Source: Chloroflexota bacterium (GTDB taxonomy: Bacteria; Chloroflexota; Anaerolineae; Anaerolineales; UBA4823). Taken from it: a stretch of DNA of 63,937 nucleotides. The stretch's first letter is position 1. Each line of letters begins with the position of its first letter. This document shows, piece after piece, positions 1 through 9,628 of this stretch. The stretch covers positions 1 through 63,937 of the forward strand of contig JAQBDA010000231.1 of the NCBI GenBank assembly GCA_032124675.1. Reading direction: 5' to 3'. The notes beneath the pieces are model-generated. The model did not search any database. It worked only from the letters and a program-made list of their open reading frames with translations, and was not told where the DNA came from. The position numbers and the translations under genes were made by a program.

Positions 1-129
1 TTCACCAATAGACGAGCTCACTCACTGCATCATATACTTGATTAGTGTTGTTTTGGTTCATACAGCCAGTGAACCTCCTTTACGAATTGAGTGCAATTGC
101 CTGGAAATATACCATAAAACATTGAATTT

Positions 130-2100
130 TCAAGTGCATCCATCTGCATAATTAAGGAACTCCAGGTTCCACAGGGAGCTCTCCGCCGAGGGGTCCGGCA
201 CCAGATTGCAGATATCCGCTCTAGCCAGGATCAGCCTGAACCTGGAATACAGTGGCAGGGAGGGCATGTCCTCACTGAAGATGACCTGGGTCTGGCGATG
301 AGCGCTCTGGTAGAGGGCATCGTCCGGCAGGGAAGTGCGCGCCTGCTGGCATGCCTGGTCATATTCCAGGCGACTGTAGCCAGGAGCATTGGCACCTCCC
401 CAGCCCTTAGGGAACTCCGGGTAAGGTCCAGGGATCTCTGCCGTAGTGAACAGCTCACAGGCAGGCTGGGGCGAAGCAGGCCAGCCATACTGTGCCAGGT
501 TGAAGCGCCGCCCGAAAACGGCTCCCTCAGGTCCAGGGGCGAACAATTCCTCTGCCGGCAAGGAGCGTACATTAACTTCTAACCCGCACAGTGCCAGATA
601 GTCGCGGATCATCCCGGCTACCAAGCTCCGTTCCGGGTTATCCAGCGCCAGCAGTTCGACCTGGAACGATGTGCCATCCAGTACACCCGGGACACCCTGC
701 GCCTGGCGCGGGGTTGCCGGGTCGTTGTCGAGGTCGACCCAGCCTGCCGCTTGCAGCATGTTCGCGCCGGCTGCCGGGTCATACGCATACCGGGGGGCAT
801 CCGGATTGAACAGCGGGTGTGCGCCGGGGATATAGCTGTGGATCACCTGCGATCCTGTCGGGGATAGCGCATCCACGATGCGCTGGCGGTCAATGCAAAG
901 TGCCACAGCCTGGCGGACTTCTTTCAAGCCGAAGAACGCCGGCAGACCGGGGTCACTGGGCAGGATGCCGAAGGCGAGCTGTTCCCAGGCAGTATCCGGT
1001 TCGTAGAATATTGTCACTTCACCCGAATCTTGTACCTGGTGCAGCCCATCCTGAGGGTAATAATCCGCCGGAGCTTCGTCTATCAAGTCGCATTCACCCG
1101 CCTGCAGCGCAGCCAGCGCTTCGACGCCGTTCGCTGGGAAGCGGAATACCAGGTGGTCAAAGTAAGGCAGCCCCTCCGTACTGCGAAAATAGGCTTCATT
1201 CTTCGTGAGCGTGATATGATCACCGGCTACCCATTCGTCAATCACATACGCTCCCCACCCGACCGGCTGCCGGGCGGACAATTCTGCCCCTTCCAGAGCC
1301 TCAGCCGGGATAGCCTGCCAGGCATGCCGCGGTAGGGGGTGGAAGAAGTTGGTCGGATAGGATGGGTCCAGGTTGCCAGGCACACCGCGCCACTCCAGGC
1401 TTCGCTCGTCCAGTGCCTTATAGGAGTCGGTATGCTGGATCAGGTCAGGGCGCACCTGGGGGAAAAGCGCCTGGGCAACTTCGAAGGAATACAGCGAATC
1501 CTGCATGGACAGAGCCGTGCCATCCGACCAGCTCAGCCCTTCCAGTAATGTGAAACGTACGGCAAGCTGGTCCATCATGACAGATTCGCTGCCAGTCTGG
1601 CTGGGAGAATAAACGGTGGCACAGGATGTCTCCCGGCAGCCGCCGGGCAAGTAGCGGACACCCTCAACGAGTGTCGTGAGCCTGCCATCCGCGTCGACGA
1701 TCAAGTCTCCTGCTCGCACCTCCACCGTTTCCAGAGAGGCATCCCCATTTTCCAGGCTAGGTATTCTCTCCAGGATCACCGGCTGGGCAGCGTAACCGAT
1801 CATATCTATTGGCCCGTCATAGACAGCCTGGCGCACGGCGCGGGCGGCGGGAGATGAGTCTGCATACAGGAACAGCGATGCAGGTTCCTGTGTCAGGCAT
1901 ACCGACAGCACCCGCGCCGGGTCTGGTTCAGGAGTCGGGGTTCGTGCGGCAGGCGAAGCGGCGACCGTTGCAGACGTCTCGATAACAGGCGCAACCCCGG
2001 GTGGCAGATCGGGCGACGGGTAATTACACCCCGCGACAATTATAATGACAGCCAGCCCTATACAGAGCAAGCCGGGCAGATTAGCTAAATTGGTTTTCAT
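130..2100 (-). CDS. Peptide/nickel ABC transporter substrate-binding lipoprotein (family 5)
   Basis: Lipobox IIVAGC, Pro/Thr linker, family-5 motifs (WSDG..L...D, WGAYVIDEWVAGDHITL, VRQAVALCIDR). Confidence 0.85.
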   Translation of the reverse strand: MKTNLANLPGLLCIGLAVIIIVAGCNYPSPDLPPGVAPVIETSATVAASPAARTPTPEPDPARVLSVCLTQEPASLFLYADSSPAARAVRQAVYDGPIDMIGYAAQPVILERIPSLENGDASLETVEVRAGDLIVDADGRLTTLVEGVRYLPGGCRETSCATVYSPSQTGSESVMMDQLAVRFTLLEGLSWSDGTALSMQDSLYSFEVAQALFPQVRPDLIQHTDSYKALDERSLEWRGVPGNLDPSYPTNFFHPLPRHAWQAIPAEALEGAELSARQPVGWGAYVIDEWVAGDHITLTKNEAYFRSTEGLPYFDHLVFRFPANGVEALAALQAGECDLIDEAPADYYPQDGLHQVQDSGEVTIFYEPDTAWEQLAFGILPSDPGLPAFFGLKEVRQAVALCIDRQRIVDALSPTGSQVIHSYIPGAHPLFNPDAPRYAYDPAAGANMLQAAGWVDLDNDPATPRQAQGVPGVLDGTSFQVELLALDNPERSLVAGMIRDYLALCGLEVNVRSLPAEELFAPGPEGAVFGRRFNLAQYGWPASPQPACELFTTAEIPGPYPEFPKGWGGANAPGYSRLEYDQACQQARTSLPDDALYQSAHRQTQVIFSEDMPSLPLYSRFRLILARADICNLVPDPSAESSLWNLEFLNYADGCT

Positions 2101-2218
2101 TCAACTGGGGAGGTATAAATAAGGACCTGGTTTGTTTCAATAACATACACAATATTGAGAGCGAGATCAACTTTGGTGTTTGTCGGGATTTAATTCCTGT
2201 CAGGTCTGGGAATTCCGT

Positions 2219-2256
2219 CTTAACCGTCTACTGCCATCTGGTAGAAGGCGGTTAAG
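2219..2256 (-). terminator. Hairpin overlapping the stop of the ECF-linked small ORF
   Basis: cttaaccgtc pairs with ggcggttaag (10 bp, one G-T); no clear U tract. Confidence 0.4.
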
Positions 2257-2518
2257 TAACACATCGGATCGGGGTGAGGGAGACATGGGCGATCCACAGC
2301 CCAGGAAGGTTGTAAAATTTCATCGCCTGGTCGACCGGGGATGGGCGTGGGATTGCCAGGTCTCGTTCTTTATATTTGGGCTTGCAGACAGGCTGCTGCT
2401 CGCGCTGAATGGATGCCGCTACCAGCAGCAGACGGGCGCGCCTGTTGGAGCGCGGCTGCTGTTCAGATACACTATTCTTCAAAGACTGTCTTATATATGC
2501 ATCCATAACATCTCTCAC
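2252..2518 (-). CDS. Small hypothetical protein following the ECF sigma factor (possible anti-sigma)
   Basis: 88-aa ORF starting 6 nt after the sigma stop, purine-rich upstream sequence; no TM segment or ZAS motif. Confidence 0.55.
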   Translation of the reverse strand: MRDVMDAYIRQSLKNSVSEQQPRSNRRARLLLVAASIQREQQPVCKPKYKERDLAIPRPSPVDQAMKFYNLPGLWIAHVSLTPIRCVT

Positions 2519-2524
2519 ACCACC

Positions 2525-3112
2525 CTAGGTGCCCTCATAATTCCAGTCGGGCAGCGAATCTTGCCCCAGACCGAGTTTGCGCTTCAGCGTCAGACGCCCG
2601 TAGTACAGCCTGGATTTGACCGTCCCGACCGGCACCTGCAGGATATCGGCGATCTCTTGAAGCGAGAGATCATTCAGGTAGTACATCACAATTACGACTC
2701 GCTGAGGCAGCGGCAAGGAAGTAACTGCTTTCTGGACCCGCTCCCACTCGTCATTACGCTCTACTGCTGCATCCGGAAGATTTTTACCCGGAACCACCAG
2801 CCAGTCGATCAGATCCTCCAACGGTCGCGGCAGCCGGCTGCGCCGCTTGACCCAATCATAAGACAAATTTGTCGTCATGCGGTAAAGCCAGGGTTCAATC
2901 GGGCGAGCCGGGTCGATATTACCCGCAAATCGGAACAACCGTAGAAATACGTCTTGCAGCAGATCATTTGCAGCTTCATTATCCCCGGTGATCACCAGCG
3001 CGGTGCGGAACACCATACGCTGGTGCAGGTCGTACAGCTCACCCAGAGCTTCCAGGCTGCCGTTTTGCAGTTTGAGGATCAAATCACTGTCATTCGCCTT
3101 CGTCATATCCAT
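2525..3112 (-). CDS. ECF-type sigma-70 factor
   Basis: Region 2 (AANDLLQDVFLRL, WLYRMTTNLSYD) and region 4 (LSLQEIADILQVPVGTVKSRL). Confidence 0.92.
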   Translation of the reverse strand: MDMTKANDSDLILKLQNGSLEALGELYDLHQRMVFRTALVITGDNEAANDLLQDVFLRLFRFAGNIDPARPIEPWLYRMTTNLSYDWVKRRSRLPRPLEDLIDWLVVPGKNLPDAAVERNDEWERVQKAVTSLPLPQRVVIVMYYLNDLSLQEIADILQVPVGTVKSRLYYGRLTLKRKLGLGQDSLPDWNYEGT

Positions 3113-3185
3113 CCACTTTTATGGCTAGCAGCTTACAGGGCATGAATTGCGCCCTGAGATAGTATTTGTCCGGTTGTTTACATCA

Positions 3186-3235
3186 TTTTACCAGTAAAAA
3201 GTGGTATTGTAAGAATCTCACAAGACCTTTGTGAG
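3186..3235 (-). promoter_or_regulatory. Candidate promoter of the ECF gene with two dyad elements
   Basis: Minus strand TGgTAAAAT extended -10 inside the dyad ttttac-ca-gtaaaa (3186-3199); second dyad ctcacaa-N5-ttgtgag (3217-3235). Confidence 0.4.
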
Positions 3236-3479
3236 GTTTCGGACACGAAAATCGAGGGTTTCTTGCCATATACCAGCGAATATTCGTGACGAAGGAGGCG
3301 GTATGCTTCAACAAAGGTCCTTCTGGCTCATTAATCGAACAGCCGCTGCTGGTTCGCAACGACCCGTTTACGGGCGTCAGCTATCAGGATGCGAAGTTGA
3401 TCCTTCCATTTGCGCCGGGCATAGGGGTAGAACGCAGGGATCAACCACAACAGGCATAAGCTGTCTGTCCCTGCTGCAT

Positions 3480-4391
3480 TCATTGATCTTCTTCTCCACT
3501 CCGCATGCGCACGTAAGATTGGTAGCGTTCCGGATGGATTTCGCCTTCAGCCAGTGCCTGGAGTACGGCACAGCCCGGTTCGTGGGTATGGGTGCAGTCG
3601 TTGAACATACAGCCCGCCACACGCTCACGCAGCTCGGGGAAATATCCGTCCAGTTCTTCTGCTTCCATATCCCATAGTGCCAGAGCTTTCAATCCAGGCG
3701 TATCAGCGATATAGCCCCCCTCTGCAAGCGGGAACATCTCCCGCACCACAGTCGTGTGCCGGCCCTTGCTTGTCGCCTGGCTGACCTCCCGTTCGCGCAG
3801 GTCCAATCCGGGCAGTATCACATTCAGCAGGCTGGATTTCCCCACTCCGGATGGCCCGGCAAACACCGACACTTTTCCAGCCAATTGCTCGCTTAGATCG
3901 TCGATCCCTACCATAGTCTTCGCACTGGTGTAAACCACAGGATAACCCACCGCCGTGTAGCGCTCGAAAAGGTCCTGGGCTGCCTCCCGGCTGACCAGGT
4001 CGACTTTATTAGCAACGACCATGGCCGGGATAACCTGCTTCTCAGCGATGACCAGGAAGCGGTCCAGCATACCGAAGCGCGGCTCTGGCTGCTGGCAGGC
4101 AAAAACGAATACTGCCTGGTCGGGGTTGGCAATGATGATCTGCTGGTATTCCCCGCTGGGGGTGGGAGCCATGCGTGAGAGCATGCGCTGGCGCGGCTCG
4201 ACACCTTCGATCATCCCCTTGCCAGGCCCCAGCTGGCTAACCTGTACCCAGTCTCCAAGCGCGGCGACATCGCCCAGGCGCGGTCCTCTCTTCAATCGAC
4301 CGCGCAGGCGAGATACCAAATCACCACCTTCCGTCCGGACGGTATAAAAACCAGATTGGGAGCGAATGATCAGACCAGGAAACGTTTTCAA
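3480..4391 (-). CDS. rsgA: Ribosome small subunit-dependent GTPase A
   Basis: Circularly permuted G motifs NKVD, GPSGVGKS, GRHTT, DTPG; Zn finger CMFNDCTHTHEPGC. Confidence 0.96.
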   Translation of the reverse strand: MKTFPGLIIRSQSGFYTVRTEGGDLVSRLRGRLKRGPRLGDVAALGDWVQVSQLGPGKGMIEGVEPRQRMLSRMAPTPSGEYQQIIIANPDQAVFVFACQQPEPRFGMLDRFLVIAEKQVIPAMVVANKVDLVSREAAQDLFERYTAVGYPVVYTSAKTMVGIDDLSEQLAGKVSVFAGPSGVGKSSLLNVILPGLDLREREVSQATSKGRHTTVVREMFPLAEGGYIADTPGLKALALWDMEAEELDGYFPELRERVAGCMFNDCTHTHEPGCAVLQALAEGEIHPERYQSYVRMRSGEEDQ

Positions 4392-4452
4392 TACTGCACT
4401 GGGTCAGGTCCTTCTACCTGCTGAAGCGGGTTGGGAGCAGGTCAATCTTCGC

Positions 4453-6705
4453 TTATGGCTCCGGGGTCGCCTCTGGCTCGGGAGTCTTCGTCACATAGAA
4501 AGTCGACTCCCACGGATACAGCTTGGCTGGCTGACCGTAGAAATACAGTTCGACCAGGCGGCGGAATATCGGTGCGGCATAATCCGAACCCTCGCCGATA
4601 TTTTCCACAACTACAACAATAGCAATATCCGGCTGGTCTGCTCGACTGGCGTCCGTGTAGCCCGCGAACCAGGCGTGTGGGTTACCCGAGCCCGATTCGG
4701 CAGTACCCGTCTTGCCATAAACCGGGATATCCAGGCCGGTAAACCGGTGCCAGGCTGTACCGTATGGATCGGTGCTGGCTACCACACCACGCATGGCTTC
4801 CTGTATCAAAGCCAGGTTTTCCGGGCTGACCGGCAGCTTACCGTACTCTTCAGGCTCGAATAGGTTCGATTCCTGCCCCTCAGGGGAAACTACACGCTCG
4901 ATCAGCTGTGGTCTGTGCAGCGTTCCACCGTTGCCGATGGCGGCAATGAACGAAGCCACCTGGAGCGGGGTCACAAGCGTCTCTCCCTGGCCTATTGCCA
5001 GGTTGGTGGCATCCACCTGACTGGCTGGGTCGGGGATATTTCCTGCCAGCTCCTCCACACCCTCGATCCCGGTCAGGCTGACGAGTCCGAATCCACGCGC
5101 CATATCCGAGATGGCTGTGGTCATATCCTGGTTATACAGGTCCAGTCCGATATGCCAGAACCAGGGGTCGCAGGAGCGGATCAATCCTTCCGGCAGGGTC
5201 AAAAGACCACTGGGGATGGTCCTGCCATCTTGAAGGTAATGCTCATATGTCCAGTCATTCAGCCTGACCCCTTCCAGCTCATCGAAGTGGTAGCCGCACT
5301 GGTAGGTAGAATCGGCGGTATAGCGCTCGCTCTCCAGGGCAGCAGCCATGGTGATGATCTTAAATACCGAACCCAGCGGGTAAACACCCTGTGTCGCCCG
5401 GTTCAGCAGCGGGTTTTCCTGGCTGGCGAATATCTCGTTGAGCAGAGTGTAATAATTGAAGTTCAATGGCTCGAAAGCGTTTGGGTCAAAATCCGGCGAT
5501 GAGACCATGGCCAGCACGCGGCCGGTGTCCCTTTCCAGCACAACAACTGCTCCGCGGAACCCTTCCATTGACTGCTGGGCTGCCAGCTGGAAATCTTTAT
5601 CCAGAGTGGTATAGATCGACTCAGAGGGTTTGGGCGAGGTCTCTGCCAGCTTGGTGACAACCTCTCCCTGGGAGTTGAGGACGCGCAACGCACCTCCGCG
5701 TGTCCCAGAGAGATATTCCTCACCCCATTTTTCCAGTCCAGCCTGCCCAACTCGCTCGTCAATGCGGTAGCCCTTGCGCAAGTAATCTTCTTCCTGTCCT
5801 TCCTGGATCTGGCTGACGTATCCGATCAGGTGAGGCGCGATGCCGCCATCGAAGTAATAGCGGGCTCTATACGGCGTGAGCATCAATCCCGCCACCTCCG
5901 AGAGATCTCCGAAATCCTCTGCCACCTCGCTCGCCGGCACTTCCCCCAACGGCACATACCAGTCGGCACCTGCCGGAACGCTCTCGTACAGTGCCTCGAT
6001 CTCCTCCTGGCGCAGCCCGGTCAGACGCTGGATAATGCCGAACAGGTCGTCTCCCTGGTCAGGGTCAGTCAAAGCCGGGCGCAGACCGATCGCAGTGGCG
6101 TCAGTCTGGGCAACCAGGGCATGACCCTTCCGGTCGTATATATTCGCCCGTGAGGGTACATAGCGCTCCATACTCAGATAATTTCCATTTGCCAGCTCTG
6201 GCATCAGCAAGGCCTGGTCCCACTGAACACGCCACTGTCCATTTTCCAGGCTCAGATTCATCACCATCTCCCGGGACAGGTCTCCCACCAGCTCACTTTC
6301 AAGGACCGTACGATAATTGACCTGGGCGCTGGTTGGACCCATCACCAGGGAGGATAAAATTTCGCTCTCGATGCGGCTGTAAGCACCCTCTGAAGCAGCA
6401 GTGCGGTAATATGTCTCGAAATCTTCGGCATTGATCGCGTCCCGGCTGATCGAGGTGAGCATAGCATACATCCTGCCGTAATCATCAGAGCTCCAGGCAT
6501 CAAGATACGCTCGTGCAGCCGTCTTAGCATCCGGCACACTGGTGGTATTCACCGTAACTGAACCCAATGTCAGGCTGGGCGAAGGTGTGCTCGTGGGTAT
6601 TTCTGTTGCGGCCGGGCTGCAGCCTACCAGACTGACCAGCGCCAGGCTGGCAAGGGTGAGGCTGAGGACCGAGATGTGAATCTTCCGAAACAGTTTATTG
6701 GGCAC
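4453..6705 (-). CDS. Class B penicillin-binding transpeptidase with NTF2-like N-terminal domain, probable lipoprotein
   Basis: SxxK (SVFK), SxN variant (SCD), KTG (GKTGT); N-terminal hydrophobic stretch ending LVGC. Confidence 0.88.
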   Translation of the reverse strand: MPNKLFRKIHISVLSLTLASLALVSLVGCSPAATEIPTSTPSPSLTLGSVTVNTTSVPDAKTAARAYLDAWSSDDYGRMYAMLTSISRDAINAEDFETYYRTAASEGAYSRIESEILSSLVMGPTSAQVNYRTVLESELVGDLSREMVMNLSLENGQWRVQWDQALLMPELANGNYLSMERYVPSRANIYDRKGHALVAQTDATAIGLRPALTDPDQGDDLFGIIQRLTGLRQEEIEALYESVPAGADWYVPLGEVPASEVAEDFGDLSEVAGLMLTPYRARYYFDGGIAPHLIGYVSQIQEGQEEDYLRKGYRIDERVGQAGLEKWGEEYLSGTRGGALRVLNSQGEVVTKLAETSPKPSESIYTTLDKDFQLAAQQSMEGFRGAVVVLERDTGRVLAMVSSPDFDPNAFEPLNFNYYTLLNEIFASQENPLLNRATQGVYPLGSVFKIITMAAALESERYTADSTYQCGYHFDELEGVRLNDWTYEHYLQDGRTIPSGLLTLPEGLIRSCDPWFWHIGLDLYNQDMTTAISDMARGFGLVSLTGIEGVEELAGNIPDPASQVDATNLAIGQGETLVTPLQVASFIAAIGNGGTLHRPQLIERVVSPEGQESNLFEPEEYGKLPVSPENLALIQEAMRGVVASTDPYGTAWHRFTGLDIPVYGKTGTAESGSGNPHAWFAGYTDASRADQPDIAIVVVVENIGEGSDYAAPIFRRLVELYFYGQPAKLYPWESTFYVTKTPEPEATPEP

Positions 6706-7348
6706 TATTTAAAACCTGATGGAATACCGGGCAGAGGTAATCCAGCTCCGACTGGCATGCAGCCGGTAAATCTACCTGCGGTGAGAACCCCAGCCGCCAC
6801 AGGGTCCGCAAGAGATGGCATAGGGGCAGCCCCATCACATTGGCGAAACATCCCTGCATTCCTTCCACCGGATAGAAGCCGGCGTGCTGGATCGCATACG
6901 CCCCGGCTTTATCCAGCGGGTCACCCGAGGCGATATATTCCAGCATCTCCCGGTCTGAATAATCCCGCATCGGAACGTCTGTGACACACAGATCTGTGAC
7001 CAACGCTCCCTCCGGCATTCGCATCACAGCCAGAGCGCTGTACACCTGGTGCACTTTTCCTCTCAATTGCCGGAGCATGGCCTCCGCTTCAGGCTCGTCG
7101 ACCGGTTTACCCAGGAGTTCATCCCCGTCAACAACGCACGTATCAGCGGCGATCACAACTGCTTCGCCGGCGATGAGGGCCGTGCTGGCACGCGCTTTGC
7201 TCTCCGCCAGGCGAAGCACATATTTATCTCCACTCTCACCCCGCTCGGGTCGTTCATCCACCTCAACCGGCAGCACAGAAAACGTCCAGCCACCGAGGGA
7301 TAACAGCTGCCTGCGGCGTGGCGAGCTGGAGGCCAGTACCAATTTCAC
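6695..7348 (-). CDS. maf: Maf-family nucleoside triphosphate pyrophosphatase
   Basis: LVLASSSPRRRQLL, IAADT, GKP, DKAGAYAIQ, NVMGLP. Confidence 0.93.
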   Translation of the reverse strand: MKLVLASSSPRRRQLLSLGGWTFSVLPVEVDERPERGESGDKYVLRLAESKARASTALIAGEAVVIAADTCVVDGDELLGKPVDEPEAEAMLRQLRGKVHQVYSALAVMRMPEGALVTDLCVTDVPMRDYSDREMLEYIASGDPLDKAGAYAIQHAGFYPVEGMQGCFANVMGLPLCHLLRTLWRLGFSPQVDLPAACQSELDYLCPVFHQVLNSAQ

Positions 7349-7363
7349 CCGCCGATTCTAACA
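7346..7363 (-). promoter_or_regulatory. Extended -10 promoter, leaderless-type, for maf
   Basis: Minus strand TGT-TAGAAT, then 6 nt, then the GTG start. Confidence 0.55.
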
Positions 7364-7469
7364 TATCTCCCTGGCTGATTCGTTAAAGGAGATGTAGAAT
7401 CAAATGACACTGCCATTAATTCAACAGGCGGGCTGACAGCTCGTGCATTATATTCCTGAGGAGGTCCAA

Positions 7470-8045
7470 GTGCAGGCACTGAAAGATCGCATCTTGTTGG
7501 AGGGGAAGAATCTTGGCAATGGGATCCTGAAAGTCGACGGCTTTGTCAACCACCAGGTTGACCCGGTCCTGATGGATGTGTGCGGGCAGGAATTAGCCCG
7601 CCGCTTCCGTGGTGTGGGGGCCACAAAAGTGCTTACAGCAGAGATATCCGGGATCGCACCAGCAGTCACCACCGCCCTGCACCTGGGTCTTCCGGTGGTC
7701 TACGCCCGCAAACACAAGCCGATCACCATGCCCGACCAGGTGTTCCTGACCCTGACTCCTTCTCACACCAAAGGCCGTACCGTTGAGCTGATCATCTCAC
7801 CCGAATACCTGGCGGGGGGTGAGCGGGTGCTGATCGTCGACGATTTCCTGGCTTCCGGCGCGACCATCCTGGGTCTGGTACGCCTGGCGCAGACTGCGGG
7901 GGCGAAAATCGTGGGCATTGGAGCGCTGATCGAGAAGAATTTCGAAGGTGGTCGTGCAGCGCTGGAACATCTCGGCATTCAGATCGAAGCGCTGGCGCGC
8001 ATTCAATCCATGCAGGGCGACGATATTTTGTTCTCTGAAGATTAG
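7470..8045 (+). CDS. xpt: Xanthine phosphoribosyltransferase
   Basis: ILKVDGFVNHQVDP, PRPP motif VLIVDDFLASG. Start moved from 7443 to the GTG at 7470, which follows a GAGGAGG SD. Confidence 0.9.
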   Translation: MQALKDRILLEGKNLGNGILKVDGFVNHQVDPVLMDVCGQELARRFRGVGATKVLTAEISGIAPAVTTALHLGLPVVYARKHKPITMPDQVFLTLTPSHTKGRTVELIISPEYLAGGERVLIVDDFLASGATILGLVRLAQTAGAKIVGIGALIEKNFEGGRAALEHLGIQIEALARIQSMQGDDILFSED

Positions 8046-8048
8046 CCT

Positions 8049-9608
8049 ATGCCCGATTCGATCGCCATCCTGGATTTCGGATCGCAGTATGGGCAGCTCA
8101 TCGCCCGTCGAGTGCGAGAAGCGGAAGTATACAGCGAGCTCTTCCCATGGGACGCACCTGCCAGCCAGGTGATGGCTCTGAGCCCGAAGGGTTTCATCCT
8201 CTCAGGCGGACCGGCGTCCGTCTACGAACCCGGCGCTCCGTACATCCCAGCCTACGTGCTGGATAGCGGCCTGCCGATACTCGGCATCTGCTACGGCATG
8301 CAGGCGATCACCCAGGCGCTAGGGGGGCGGGTCGCGCCTGCCGCAGAACGCGAGTACGGACCCGCCCATCTGGAGACCCTGCCCGCCAACCCACTGCTCA
8401 CGCCGGGCAGTCAGCGGGTATGGATGTCGCATGGTGACCGCATCGAGGTCGTTCCGCCCGGGTTCATCCCCCTGGCACAAAGTGATAACTCACCAATCGC
8501 GGCCATCGGCGACCTGCAGCGCCGGTACTACGGTTTGCAGTTCCACCCCGAAGTCCACCACACACCTGGCGGGTCAGAAATCCTGCGCCGCTATGTGGTT
8601 GATATCTGCCAGGCAATCCCTGGCTGGACGCCTGATTCGATCATCACAGAGAGCGTGGAGCGCGTGCGGAGGCAGGTTGGTAAAGATATGGTCATAGCGG
8701 CGGTCAGCGGGGGCGTGGACTCCAGCGTGGCAACCGCCATGGTGCAGCGCGCAGTGGGTGAGCAGCTTGTCGCAGTATTTGTAGATACCGGACTCCTGCG
8801 CCAGGGAGAAGTAGCCCAGGTACGCAAAGCGCTGCACGAAAACCTGGAGGTCGAGTTGGTTGTGGTGGATGCCGTTGGCGCCTTCATATCCGCCCTGAGC
8901 GGGGTGACCGACCCTGAGAGCAAGCGCCGTATTATCGGGGAACTGTTCATCCGCACTTTCGAGGCGCAAGCCAGACAGTTCGGAGAGCCGCGTTTCCTGG
9001 TGCAGGGCACGATCTACCCGGACGTGGTCGAATCCAGCGCACCCGACCGGGCGAAAGTGCACCGTATCAAGACCCACCACAATGTGGGTGGGCTGCCGGA
9101 AGAGATGCAGTTCGAGCTGGTCGAGCCGCTGCGCTATTTATTCAAGGATGAGGTACGGGGCGTGGGTGAGGCGCTGGGCTTACCCGCCAGCCTGGTGTGG
9201 CGCCAGCCGTTCCCCGGTCCGGGACTGGCCGTGCGCTGCCTGGGAGATGTGACCCAGGTGCGTCTGGATAGGCTGCGAGCAGCGGATGCTATTCTTACCA
9301 CTGAGCTTGCCTCCGCCGGGCTGCTGCGCATGGGTCACGAGGGTGACCGGCTTAGTGGTACGGCACAGGCCTTTGCAGTGCTGCTGCCTGTACGCTCGGT
9401 GGGTGTGATGGGCGATCAGCGCACTTACCAGGAAGCGGTCGTCTTGCGTGCCGTTACCACCGAAGACTTCATGACCGCCGATTGGGCGCGCCTGCCTCAC
9501 GATCTGCTGGCACGCATTGCCAACCGCATCGTCAATGAAGTGCCAGGAGTCAACCGGGTGGTCTATGATATCACCAGCAAGCCGCCCGGTACCATCGAGT
9601 GGGAATAA
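8049..9608 (+). CDS. guaA: GMP synthase (glutamine-hydrolysing)
   Basis: [36 protein letters not shown]-terminal KPPGTIEWE. Confidence 0.97.
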   Translation: MPDSIAILDFGSQYGQLIARRVREAEVYSELFPWDAPASQVMALSPKGFILSGGPASVYEPGAPYIPAYVLDSGLPILGICYGMQAITQALGGRVAPAAEREYGPAHLETLPANPLLTPGSQRVWMSHGDRIEVVPPGFIPLAQSDNSPIAAIGDLQRRYYGLQFHPEVHHTPGGSEILRRYVVDICQAIPGWTPDSIITESVERVRRQVGKDMVIAAVSGGVDSSVATAMVQRAVGEQLVAVFVDTGLLRQGEVAQVRKALHENLEVELVVVDAVGAFISALSGVTDPESKRRIIGELFIRTFEAQARQFGEPRFLVQGTIYPDVVESSAPDRAKVHRIKTHHNVGGLPEEMQFELVEPLRYLFKDEVRGVGEALGLPASLVWRQPFPGPGLAVRCLGDVTQVRLDRLRAADAILTTELASAGLLRMGHEGDRLSGTAQAFAVLLPVRSVGVMGDQRTYQEAVVLRAVTTEDFMTADWARLPHDLLARIANRIVNEVPGVNRVVYDITSKPPGTIEWE

Positions 9609-9628
9609 GCCCGAGTTTAGGACGAAAT

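Noticed and set aside
2180-2944. 254-aa plus-strand ORF
   Set aside because: Antisense shadow of the ECF sigma gene and its partner; no recognisable motifs.
3231-3677. Plus-strand ORF with an AAGGAGG SD before ATG 3303
   Set aside because: About half overlaps rsgA antisense and the sequence looks non-protein-like; kept only as part of the structured-RNA finding.
7349-7469. Purine riboswitch upstream of xpt-guaA
   Set aside because: Expected by context, but the conserved junctions and loop-loop sequences are absent. The visible inverted repeat is explained by divergent -10 elements.
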